A stretch of 64,000 bases of DNA from Planctomycetota bacterium. GTDB lineage: Bacteria > Planctomycetota > B15-G4 > JADJEK01. The position numbers and the translations under genes are program-made. Location of the stretch: the NCBI GenBank assembly GCA_044225365.1, contig JBGAIQ010000008.1, positions 1 to 64,000 of the forward strand. The letters are read 5' to 3'. Below the pieces are notes generated by a model that worked only from the letters and a program-made list of their open reading frames with translations, made no database searches and was not told the DNA's origin. How positions within the stretch are numbered: position 1 is the first letter of the stretch; every line of letters starts with the position of its first letter. Of this stretch, positions 48,060 through 57,161 are shown piece after piece.

Positions 48060-49640
48060 TCACTTGCCGAAGTAGAGACCGGCGCGCTCGTCGACGGTGG
48101 GCTTCGGCGAGGGCTGGATGCCGTACTTCTCGAGGAGGATGCCCTGCGCCGCGAGCAGCCCCGCCTTCGCCACTTCGTAGCCGAAGAGAGCGCGCGTCTC
48201 CGCGTCGATCGCGGTGCGGAACGAGGCCTGCGCGTCGCGCACGTCGAAGGTCGTCGCGTTGCCGACGTTCTTGCGCGCGAGCTGCTGCGCGAAACGCTGG
48301 CCGGCGAGCTGGACGGCCTCGTGAGCTGCCTCGATCTCCTGCCGACTGTTCGTCACTTCGCGGACGCCGCTGCGCACGTCCTGGATCACCTGATCCTCGG
48401 CGTTCTTGTAGTCGATGAGCGCCTGGATCTTCTGCAGCCGAGCGATCGCGAGGTTGTAGCGCGCCGTCCGGTTGCCGATCGGCACCTCGAGCGAGATGCC
48501 CGCCGCAAACGAGTTGTAATCGTCGCGGAACCCGAGCACCTCGTGATCCTCGCCCGTGAGACGATTGAAGCGGAACGAAGCGGTGAGATCGAGCTGCGGC
48601 AAGAGTCCGTTCTCGGCGACGACGACCGAGATGTCGTTGTTCTTGAGCAGTTCGCGCCGCTGGATCAACTCGGGACGGCGCTCCAGCGCCACGAGAGCGG
48701 CATCGCGCCATGCCGGCGGATCGATGAAATCCGCGGACACCTCGGTGAGCGGGACGAGCTTCACCGCCCACATCTCACGATCCTGGAAGTCGAAGATGAG
48801 CCGCTTCAACGCGTCCGCGGAGCGGCCGATTTCGTTCTTCGCGACACTCAGGTCGGACAACCGCTGCGCGAGCTCACTCTTGGCCTCGAGCACGTCGATG
48901 TTCGTCATCGATCCGGCCTTGGCCTTCTTGGTGTTGATCTCGACCAGCGCGTTGCTCTGTTCGACCAGCAATTGGCGCGTCTGGAAATCGCGCAGTGAGA
49001 AGTAGTGGTTCCAGTAGGCGACGACCGTCTCGTTCGCGCGCAGCAGGCGGCTCTCCTCGAGCCCGGCCGCCGTCGCCTGCAGACTGTTGCGCGCCGAGAG
49101 CAGGCGCGACTTCGTCACCGTCGTCCCGGCGCCCCGAAGCAAGGGCTGCGTGATCGACGCGCCAACGTCGCTGCGATAGCTCGGATCGAGCGAGAGCGGC
49201 CCCGGGTTCGGCCTGATGGTGTGGGAGCGGTTGATGTTGAGGTCGACCGAGTAGGTCGCGCCATTCACCAAGGTGCCGCGAAAGCCCGTGCTCGCGCTCC
49301 AGTCGTCGCTGACGATCGGCTGGATGTCGAGCCGCGATTTCCCCGGGGTGATCGTGCCGTCGGGATTCAGCGTGCCGGGGCTCGTGAGCACCTGGACGCT
49401 CGGGCTGTGGTCGCGCTGATAGTTCGCCGACAGGAAGAAGATCGTGTCGAAGGCGCCCATCTCGCGACCGACGTTGCCCTTCGCGATCTGCACGTCGATC
49501 TCGCCGCTGCGCAGCACGAGCGCGTTCTGCTCGGCGAGTTGGATGCACTGTTCGAGCGTGATCGGCATGATCCGCTCGTTGCCGTCGGTCGTGTCGTCTT
49601 GCAGCAATGCAAGCGCCACCATGATCGCCTGGACGCTCAT
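48060..49640 (-). CDS. TolC-family outer membrane efflux protein
   Basis: ITLEQCIQLA, SITQPLLRG, AYW, RPEL, LLPQLDL, LEVPIGNR helical OEP repeats. Confidence 0.88.
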   Translation of the reverse strand: MSVQAIMVALALLQDDTTDGNERIMPITLEQCIQLAEQNALVLRSGEIDVQIAKGNVGREMGAFDTIFFLSANYQRDHSPSVQVLTSPGTLNPDGTITPGKSRLDIQPIVSDDWSASTGFRGTLVNGATYSVDLNINRSHTIRPNPGPLSLDPSYRSDVGASITQPLLRGAGTTVTKSRLLSARNSLQATAAGLEESRLLRANETVVAYWNHYFSLRDFQTRQLLVEQSNALVEINTKKAKAGSMTNIDVLEAKSELAQRLSDLSVAKNEIGRSADALKRLIFDFQDREMWAVKLVPLTEVSADFIDPPAWRDAALVALERRPELIQRRELLKNNDISVVVAENGLLPQLDLTASFRFNRLTGEDHEVLGFRDDYNSFAAGISLEVPIGNRTARYNLAIARLQKIQALIDYKNAEDQVIQDVRSGVREVTNSRQEIEAAHEAVQLAGQRFAQQLARKNVGNATTFDVRDAQASFRTAIDAETRALFGYEVAKAGLLAAQGILLEKYGIQPSPKPTVDERAGLYFGK

Positions 49641-50458
49641 CCTCGATCGGTCCTTTCCAACTCGATGCCCAGCAGCTTCAAGATCTCTTTCAGGCCCTGG
49701 CGAAACACTTCACCGCGTTCGGCCGTCGCCACCGCGACGAGCGACTTGCGATGCTCCGCGGTGAAGACATCCGCCCGAGCAAGGGCGAGCGCCTTCAATT
49801 CGGTCAGCGCGTTCCAGCGAACGAATTCCGACTTGTCCTTCAGGTTCGTGAGCAGCAGGTCTCGGATCTTCGTGACCCGCTCCGACTCGTCAAGGATCCG
49901 GTCGAGCGCGGCGAACGCCGTCAGGACCTGTCGCTTGGCCAGGAAGTCGCGATCTCCGGAGGCGATGCGCTCGATAGCAACGTAGCGGCTCCCGTCGCGG
50001 AAGCTCTTCAGAAACAGGATGTAGTCCGATCCCGCGAGGAACTCCCCGTGCCCCGCGAGCACCACGATCTCCTCGTCGTCGGCGAGCGCGGCCTTGGTAT
50101 CGGTCGGCGGCGGGAGGATCATCAAGGTCCGCTTGAATCGCGCGACGACCGTCGCGTTCGGCAACTCGAAGAGCGAGACCGGCGTCGCCTCGACGATGCG
50201 CTCGGCATTCGCGAGCGGACGCAGATCTCCGAACGACGAGAACTCGAACCGCGGTGGCTTGCTCCCAACGCCTGCAGCGGGCGCTGGGACGGGCGGATCG
50301 CTCGCCGGTTCGACGGACGGTGACGGCGCGGCCTCGGGAGTCGCTTCGTCCTCTTGTTTCGTGTGGGTCTTGGATCGCTCGTCGCGCGGTGGCGTGGACG
50401 CACAAGCGGCGAAGGCGTGCGCCACGACGACGAAGGAGATGAATCGGAGCACGGTCAT
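49637..50458 (-). CDS. Hypothetical lipoprotein
   Basis: FAAC lipobox, Pro/Ala linker, HEAT-like C-terminus; ATGA overlap with tolC. Confidence 0.7.
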   Translation of the reverse strand: MTVLRFISFVVVAHAFAACASTPPRDERSKTHTKQEDEATPEAAPSPSVEPASDPPVPAPAAGVGSKPPRFEFSSFGDLRPLANAERIVEATPVSLFELPNATVVARFKRTLMILPPPTDTKAALADDEEIVVLAGHGEFLAGSDYILFLKSFRDGSRYVAIERIASGDRDFLAKRQVLTAFAALDRILDESERVTKIRDLLLTNLKDKSEFVRWNALTELKALALARADVFTAEHRKSLVAVATAERGEVFRQGLKEILKLLGIELERTDRG

Positions 50459-50563
50459 TCCGTCGCCGATTCTACGTCGGGGTCCGGCTTTGCGAAGTGA
50501 AACCCGAATTCTCGAACTCTCGAACGAATGAACGATTGAGTTCGGGGCGCAGCGATCCACGAA

Positions 50564-52321
50564 TCAGTGATTGCGCCACTCGACGGACAACGTGAGCACG
50601 GCGAGCGCCGTCGTGTAGACGTCTCCTCCGCCCTCCTGGATCCAGTCGAAGCGATACCCGTCGGTCGAATAGTGACCGTCGTTGTGACGCGAGGGCACGA
50701 GCACTTCCGAGGTCGCCTTCTGCCAGCGCGTCCATGCCTCGCCGCCGCGAGCCCGCAGGTCGGACGCGGCGAAGAAGATCTTCGTCGGCTCCCGATACTC
50801 CGGCCGCTTCAAATGGTCGATGAGGACGCTCGGAGTCGCCGGCTCCACGCTTCCTCGCGCCTTCCCGAACTGCGATTCGAGCGCTGTCGCCGCCGCCTGC
50901 GGACCGACCATCGCTACGGCCGTGATCCCACGCCGCGTCTGCGACGGATCGGCGAGCGCCACCAGGAAGCCACGGGCACGCTGCGCTTCCTCCGCGAGAT
51001 CGAATACGGGCCGCACGCCCGCCGCGCGCGCGGTCTCGAATGCGAACGCGACCCACGGCGCGGTCGTCGCATCGGCCGCCTGGACCGTTCCGGGTTCGCG
51101 CTTCTTCGAGAGATCGGAGAGGCGCAGCAGGGCTTCGCGGAGCAGGACGTCGTCGGCGTGATCGTTCTCGACGAGCGCGTGCTCGGCGAGCGCCGCGGTG
51201 GCGAGTGCGTGGTTGAACAGCGTGTATTCGAAATCGCGCTCGCCGCGACCGGAGACTCGACCGAGCGTCGAATCGCGGGCGACCGACTTGCGCAGATACT
51301 CGACCGCTCGTCCCACGACGAACCGGTATTCACTTCCCGGGATGCTGCGCGGATTGGACAAGAGGCTCAACGTGACGAGGCCGGTGGTACCGACTCGCAC
51401 GGCCGCGTCGCCGCCGTTGCGCGAGGGATCGAAACTCCCGTCGTCCTCCTGCGCCTCTTTGAGCCAGCGCAGAGTCGAAAGGATCTCCTTGTCACGACCG
51501 TCGGGCGCCGCGAATCGATCCTTCATGAGGAAGCGCGACAACTGGAAACGGTTCTCCGCCGCGACGGCGTCGCGCAGACTCTCGCTCTCCCCCGCGCCGG
51601 GATCGCGATCGCGATTCACAGCGAGCCCACCCTCGGCGCCGCGCCCTTGGGATCCGCCGGGTCCTTGCGGCGAGATCACGTCGGGAACTTCCGGAGCTTT
51701 CGCGCGGGGCCCGACGAGCAAGTTGCTCCCATCGGGCGATTCCACCACGTGGTGGCTCGGTGAGTTCGCGACCTCGACGGGAACCGTCGGATCGTCGCGA
51801 CGCGATTTCGGTTCGTCCTTCACGCCCTCGGGCGGCAAGGGCAGCGTACCGGGAGTGGTCGGCGCGCTCGTGCCGCGGCGACTCGACAGGACTCCGAACA
51901 TCGCGATGGCGAGCAGGATGGCCGCCGCGGCCGCGACCTTCAGCGTCGTGGAGTTCTGGAAGCGGTAGCCGATCCAGACGAGTTCCGCCTCGATGCGTTC
52001 ACGCCAACTGAACCGCAGGTAGCGCTCGGAATCGACGACATCGCCCTGCGCGATCTCGACCTCGAACCGGCGCGCGAGCTTGTCCTTGAACGAGGACGAC
52101 GTCGGCGGGACTCTCGCCGCGCGAAGCAGATCGACGACGTAGACGTTTCCCTTGGATTCGAGGGCGCAGCGCGAGCAACGCTCGACGTGACGACGACACG
52201 CCGCGACTTCCTCCGCGGACGCCTTGCCGAGGAGAGCATGCACGGCGAGCGATCGGAACTCCGCGCAGTTGCCCAAATTCATCGGGTTCATCGGGCTCGA
52301 TGGAGGATTCTTGGAGCTCAT
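50564..52321 (-). CDS. Anti-sigma factor (zinc-binding HxxxCxxC, TM) with C-terminal prenyltransferase/squalene-cyclase-like toroid
   Basis: HVERCSRC; TM AAAAILLAIAMFGVL; LRWLKEAQEDDGSF, TGLVTLSLL, GGDVYTTALAVLTL. Confidence 0.85.
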   Translation of the reverse strand: MSSKNPPSSPMNPMNLGNCAEFRSLAVHALLGKASAEEVAACRRHVERCSRCALESKGNVYVVDLLRAARVPPTSSSFKDKLARRFEVEIAQGDVVDSERYLRFSWRERIEAELVWIGYRFQNSTTLKVAAAAAILLAIAMFGVLSSRRGTSAPTTPGTLPLPPEGVKDEPKSRRDDPTVPVEVANSPSHHVVESPDGSNLLVGPRAKAPEVPDVISPQGPGGSQGRGAEGGLAVNRDRDPGAGESESLRDAVAAENRFQLSRFLMKDRFAAPDGRDKEILSTLRWLKEAQEDDGSFDPSRNGGDAAVRVGTTGLVTLSLLSNPRSIPGSEYRFVVGRAVEYLRKSVARDSTLGRVSGRGERDFEYTLFNHALATAALAEHALVENDHADDVLLREALLRLSDLSKKREPGTVQAADATTAPWVAFAFETARAAGVRPVFDLAEEAQRARGFLVALADPSQTRRGITAVAMVGPQAAATALESQFGKARGSVEPATPSVLIDHLKRPEYREPTKIFFAASDLRARGGEAWTRWQKATSEVLVPSRHNDGHYSTDGYRFDWIQEGGGDVYTTALAVLTLSVEWRNH

Positions 52322-52914
52322 TCGGTCTTCGCTTCCGGCACACCCATTCGATCGCGCAGATGCTGCACCGCGGCATGGACCCGCGATTTCACCGTGCCGA
52401 CCGGAATGCCCATGATCTTCGAGATCTCCTCGTAACGCAGACCCTGCCTCACCGCGAGTTCGAGCACGGTCTGTTGACCTTCGGACAACTTCGAGAGCGC
52501 GAGCTTCAGTTTACGCTCGTCCTCGCCCTGAATCGCTACCTCCTGCGGAGATCGATCGTCCGAGGACAGATCGGCCAGCGGCGACGCGATCTTGGAGTCC
52601 GATTCCTCCGCGCCGAGGGGATCGAGCGACAGCTCCTGCGGACGCGACTTGCGCCCGCGGTACACGTCGATCCAGTAGTTGCGCGCGATCCGGAACACGA
52701 AGGTCGCTGCCGAAGCATCCGGGGAGTAATGTTCTCGCGCCCGATAGATCCGCAGGAACACTTCCTGCGCGCAATCCTCCGCGAGCTCTCTCTGCCCGCA
52801 CATGGAGTAGAAGAAGCCGATCAAGCGGCGCTCGAAACTGTCGACCAGCTCGGCGAAGGCGGCGGTATCGCCCACCTTCAAACGGAGCAGGATGTCGACA
52901 TCTCGATCGCTCAT
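52318..52914 (-). CDS. ECF RNA polymerase sigma factor
   Basis: GDTAAFAELV, AEDCAQEVFLRIY, FRIARNYWID, YEEISKIMGIPVGTVKSRVH. Confidence 0.95.
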   Translation of the reverse strand: MSDRDVDILLRLKVGDTAAFAELVDSFERRLIGFFYSMCGQRELAEDCAQEVFLRIYRAREHYSPDASAATFVFRIARNYWIDVYRGRKSRPQELSLDPLGAEESDSKIASPLADLSSDDRSPQEVAIQGEDERKLKLALSKLSEGQQTVLELAVRQGLRYEEISKIMGIPVGTVKSRVHAAVQHLRDRMGVPEAKTE

Positions 52915-53019
52915 ACCCGCCCGGCTCCTGCCTCACCTGGCGCGATGCGACGCGGACAACGCACGACCTCGCCCGCGGTTCGATCGGACTTCGAAATCAC
53001 CTCGCGATCGCAAAGCGCG

Positions 53020-53610
53020 TCACGGCGAACTCGCGAGCTGCCGCACCATCGAATCGAGATCCTCTCGGGTCGCGATCCCGTAGGGCGTCTCCCAGAACGA
53101 CCCGGAGGTCAGTTGGTCCCGAGTCGGCAGATCGAGCGGAGTCCCACCCTCCTTCAATTCGTCCGAGATCAGCTTGGAACCACGACTTGCGCCGGCTGTC
53201 GGCTCGAACTTCCAGTCCATCTCGACGATTGCGCGGCGCTTCCGATTGCGCTGCTGCTCGGCATTGAAGACGACGGTCTCGAGAAACGCCTCGTCCCGCA
53301 CGTCGGTGAAACGCACCCGCAGGACTCCTCCCGTCGGGACTTCGCCCTCGGCGGCGATCTTGAAGCGTCGGGTCCTCTCGAGGAGTTGTTCGACGTAGAG
53401 CCGCGTCGGGTACGACCACTCGGCGACCGCGGCGCTAGGACTCGCGTTCTCGACCGGCTCGACGCGGATGCTGACGCGCTGATCCGGCGGAAGCGGCGCG
53501 AGCGGGGGCGGGAAGTCGGGGTCTGGCTGGATCGAGCACGCCCCGGATCCGATCGAAACGGCGATCCAGGCGGCGAACGTCACGAAACGGATGGGCGAGA
53601 TCGAGTGCAT
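53020..53610 (-). CDS. Hypothetical lipoprotein
   Basis: SGAC lipobox-like signal; lies in a co-oriented gene string. Confidence 0.65.
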   Translation of the reverse strand: MHSISPIRFVTFAAWIAVSIGSGACSIQPDPDFPPPLAPLPPDQRVSIRVEPVENASPSAAVAEWSYPTRLYVEQLLERTRRFKIAAEGEVPTGGVLRVRFTDVRDEAFLETVVFNAEQQRNRKRRAIVEMDWKFEPTAGASRGSKLISDELKEGGTPLDLPTRDQLTSGSFWETPYGIATREDLDSMVRQLASSP

Positions 53611-53628
53611 GGCGTCAGGATGACGACT

Positions 53629-54090
53629 TCATCCGGGGAAAAGAAGCGCAAACCCAAGATCGGCGGCGGACCCAGAGAGCGTCAGAGTGCGCGATTCCTC
53701 ACCGGTCACCGCGATGTCGATCGCGAGCGCCGCGGACGCGAGCACCGCGGGATAGCGGTCGGCCCATTCGACGATCGCGACGTGACGCGCCGAGAGTTGC
53801 TCTTCGAGTCCATCGCGAGCGAACTCGTCGGCATCGCGAACGAAGTACGCGTCGTAGTGATCGAGCACGAGGCGACCGCCCTCGTAGCGATGGTGGATCG
53901 TGAAGCTCGGACTGCGCACCTGCCGCGCTGGGATCCCGAGGCCGCGCGCGAGACCGCGCACGAAGCAGGTCTTGCCGGCGCCGAGCGGACCGCGGAGCAG
54001 GATCAGTTCGCCGCCGCGCAGCATCGCTCCGAGCTTCGACGCGAAATCCTCGGTCGCCGCGGCCGATCTGGATTCGAACGTCCACGTCAC
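53629..54090 (-). CDS. tsaE: tRNA threonylcarbamoyladenosine biosynthesis ATPase
   Basis: [31 protein letters not shown]. Confidence 0.93.
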   Translation of the reverse strand: MTWTFESRSAAATEDFASKLGAMLRGGELILLRGPLGAGKTCFVRGLARGLGIPARQVRSPSFTIHHRYEGGRLVLDHYDAYFVRDADEFARDGLEEQLSARHVAIVEWADRYPAVLASAALAIDIAVTGEESRTLTLSGSAADLGFALLFPG

Positions 54091-55070
54091 GACCGCGTTC
54101 CCTCCGGCCCCGAATCGAAGCGATGGACGAAGCCGCCGCGTGGAAGCTCGCGAATCTCCGATCCCCCGCCGTCGGTCGCGCGGCGAACGAGCGTCACTCC
54201 GCCCGATCGTTCGTTCACCTCACCGATTCGCACGAGACGATCGCGCAGTTCGGGCTCGAGCATCGCCCGCGCGTGCGCTCCTTGCGAGAGCGCGACGAGC
54301 AGTTCGTAGTCCTCGCCGTCGTTGAGGGCGTGATCGAGACAGGAGCGTCCGTCGCGCGAGGCGAGAGCGACCGCATCCGGCGTGATCGGAATCTTGTCGG
54401 CGTCGATCCGTGCGCCCACGAAGCTCGCGTCGCAGAGGTGATGCAGGTCCTTGCCGAGGCCATCGGAGAGATCGATCATCGCGGAAGCGCCGGCGCGCGC
54501 GAGGGCGATGCCTTCGTCGATGCGCGGTTCGAACTCGTGGTGATGCGACAGGATCGATCCGCCGAGCGCACCGGTCACGTAGAGGCCATCGCCAGGCCTC
54601 GCGCCGCTGCGCCGTACGCCGCCCGGCGTAACGGGTCGCCCGATCAAGGTGAACCCGATCACGAGACCCTGCGGGCTCTTCTTCGTGTCGCCTCCCGCGA
54701 GCGGACACGCGTAGCGCCTCGCCACTTCGAAGATCCCGTCGAGCAAGCGCTCCGCGTCGCTCCGCGAGAATCCGTTGGGCAACGCCACGACGAGGAACGC
54801 CGCAATCGGCGAAGCCGCCATCGCCGCGAGGTCGGAGAGGTTCTTCTTCAGCGCCTTCTTCCCTGCCTTGGCATAGCCGCATTCCGAAACGACGAAGTCG
54901 ATGCCGTCGAGCAGGAGGTCGGTCGTGACGACGATCTCGTCGGCGCCCCTCATGTCGAGGACCGCTGCATCGTCGCCGATCCCGAGCGCGATCTTCGAGC
55001 CCGCGTTCGCACTCGATCCGCGCCCGAGCAACGCGATGAACTCCGCTTCGGTGAAAGGCGATTCGTGCAT
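54087..55070 (-). CDS. thiL: Thiamine-monophosphate kinase
   Basis: [41 protein letters not shown]. Confidence 0.95.
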   Translation of the reverse strand: MHESPFTEAEFIALLGRGSSANAGSKIALGIGDDAAVLDMRGADEIVVTTDLLLDGIDFVVSECGYAKAGKKALKKNLSDLAAMAASPIAAFLVVALPNGFSRSDAERLLDGIFEVARRYACPLAGGDTKKSPQGLVIGFTLIGRPVTPGGVRRSGARPGDGLYVTGALGGSILSHHHEFEPRIDEGIALARAGASAMIDLSDGLGKDLHHLCDASFVGARIDADKIPITPDAVALASRDGRSCLDHALNDGEDYELLVALSQGAHARAMLEPELRDRLVRIGEVNERSGGVTLVRRATDGGGSEIRELPRGGFVHRFDSGPEGTRS

Positions 55071-55127
55071 ATCGAAGAGACTAGCGGATGCGATCGTCCT
55101 GAAGGAGGGAGCGGGTGTCGCGAGGCA

Positions 55128-56441
55128 TCAAGCTTCTGCCCGCTTCTTGAACAACTCGATCGCGACCGCGAGGTCCCAGGACTCGACCTCGCGCACCGAG
55201 CGGCCTGAGCTCGTCACCTGCCCGCGCAAGCGGTCGGCGCAGGTGCTCGCGCCGAGCGTGAGGATCGACAAGACATCGCCCGCGGTGAAGCCCTGTGGCC
55301 GAAGGTCCGTGAGGACACGAAGCGTGGCCTCGATCGCGGCGAGCCCGATGTGGACGCGATGGCGATTGCCGATGGCGTCGCGTGCTGCGAACGCGATCCG
55401 GCGCGATTCCTCGAGCGTGGTCGGCGGGACCTCGAGGACCTGGAATCGGCTCGCGAGCCCGGGTTCCTGGGTGCGGAAATCGTTCCACGCGTCCGGAGTG
55501 GCGGTCGTGATGCACCGCAGGTCTTCGGCGTCGAGCGTCGCGCGCAATGCGTCGACGTACGAGAGGGGAGATCCCATCCCGTCGGGATCGCCGAGCAGGC
55601 GCACGTCCTCGAGGACGAGGACCACCTTCCGCGCCCGACGCAGTTCTGCGAGGATCGTCGCGAACACACGCGCCCCGAGGGGGCCCGCTTTGTAATACGC
55701 CTGGATCCTCCCGAGCTCGATCTTCACGAGGCGCGCGTCGAAGAGCCCCGGCATCGAAGCCTTGCCCACCCATTCGCCCAGCATCTCGATGAGAGTCGTC
55801 TTGCCGACTCCGGGGTGACCGACGAGCGCGACGTTCGGATGATGCCGCCGCGAGAGCAAGATCGTGAGTCGCTCGAGCAGCTCGAATCGCCCGACTCGTT
55901 CCCATGTCCCCTCGGTGTGCCGCACGTCCGACAGATCCACGAGCCAGTCGCGCGATTCCCGCCGCGTGATGAAGCTACTGAGTCGCTCCACCGGGGGCGG
56001 GCTGCTCTCGATGCGGGCCGCAAGAGCGATGGGGATCGACGAAACGTCGAGGCCGGTGCGGTTCAGGAGGGCGAGCGCCGTCGACTCCGGGACTTCGAGG
56101 ATGCCCTTCAAGAGATGAAGGGTGCCGATGGAAAGGGTCCCGATGGAATCCTGTCGCAAGGAACTCGCCGACTCGAGCGCGATATCGAGCGCACGCATCG
56201 CTGCATGGTTGAGGCCCTTCACCGTGTCTCTCTTCGGCTCCTCCCGCCGTGGGAGCAACGAGCGAAGGAGATCGTGATCGATTCCCGCCGCCAGCAGGAG
56301 CTCCGCGCCCTCGCTCCCGACGGAGCGAGTGATCCCGAGCAGGATGTGCACGGAATCGACGAAGTCGTGCCCGAGGTCGTTCGCCTCGTGCCGCGCGTAG
56401 AACATCACCTTGCGGGCTTCGTCGGTGAACCGATCGAACAT
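55128..56441 (-). CDS. Clp N-domain protein with a single degenerate AAA+ module
   Basis: MFDRFTDEARKVM...HILLG Clp_N repeats; VGR, GHPGVGKT Walker A; VLEDV at the Walker B position; no second AAA. Confidence 0.85.
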   Translation of the reverse strand: MFDRFTDEARKVMFYARHEANDLGHDFVDSVHILLGITRSVGSEGAELLLAAGIDHDLLRSLLPRREEPKRDTVKGLNHAAMRALDIALESASSLRQDSIGTLSIGTLHLLKGILEVPESTALALLNRTGLDVSSIPIALAARIESSPPPVERLSSFITRRESRDWLVDLSDVRHTEGTWERVGRFELLERLTILLSRRHHPNVALVGHPGVGKTTLIEMLGEWVGKASMPGLFDARLVKIELGRIQAYYKAGPLGARVFATILAELRRARKVVLVLEDVRLLGDPDGMGSPLSYVDALRATLDAEDLRCITTATPDAWNDFRTQEPGLASRFQVLEVPPTTLEESRRIAFAARDAIGNRHRVHIGLAAIEATLRVLTDLRPQGFTAGDVLSILTLGASTCADRLRGQVTSSGRSVREVESWDLAVAIELFKKRAEA

Positions 56442-56493
56442 GTCTCGAACCTAAACCCCCGCTCGCTCCCGCTCGTTTCGGGCGCGGATTCTA

Positions 56494-57132
56494 TCACGAT
56501 CCTCGTTGGCGCTGCTGAAGAGCCGCGAGGACCTCCACCCGGATGGCGGCGATGTCCGTGATCGCGCGCCGCACGGCCACGCCGTCCGCGCCCGCCGCGA
56601 TCGCCGCCGCGGCATTCGTCGCATCGATGCCGCCGAGCGCGACGACCGGGCACGCGAGGCTCGCGCGCACCTCGCGGAAGCGCTGCGCACCGAGAGGCGG
56701 CAACGGCCACTGATCCTTGGGAGTCGTCGCGAATGGGGAGAGCGTCACGTAGTCGGCGTGCGCGATCGCGTCGTGGTCGCGCGGGTCGCTCGTATCGTGC
56801 GCGGAGAAACCGAGGAGCAGTCGATGCCCGCAGCGCGCTCGCACGCTCTCGATGCGCTCGTCGCGAAATCCGAGATGCACGGCGTCGGCGCGGCACGCGA
56901 TCGCGAGCTCGACGTCCCCCGCCACGATGAGTCCCGCGCCGTGATGATCGCAGAGTTTGCGAAGCGTCTCCGCGGCGACTCGGCGCTCTGAATCGGAACG
57001 CTGACGCTCGCGTAGCCATACCGCGGTCGCACCATGGGAGAGGGCTTGCCGCGCGCTCGTCAGGATCGCATCGAGGACGCCGCTCCCCGCTGTCACCACG
57101 ACGCATCGAAGATCGAGCTGGCCTGGAACCAT
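56494..57132 (-). CDS. thiE: Thiamine-phosphate synthase
   Basis: VWLRER, ADAVHLG, GFSAH, ADYVTLSPFATTPK, PVVALGGI, GADGVAV. Confidence 0.88.
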   Translation of the reverse strand: MVPGQLDLRCVVVTAGSGVLDAILTSARQALSHGATAVWLRERQRSDSERRVAAETLRKLCDHHGAGLIVAGDVELAIACRADAVHLGFRDERIESVRARCGHRLLLGFSAHDTSDPRDHDAIAHADYVTLSPFATTPKDQWPLPPLGAQRFREVRASLACPVVALGGIDATNAAAAIAAGADGVAVRRAITDIAAIRVEVLAALQQRQRGS

Positions 57133-57161
57133 GAGTCGCCTCGCTCGAAAGGAGGAGCCGG

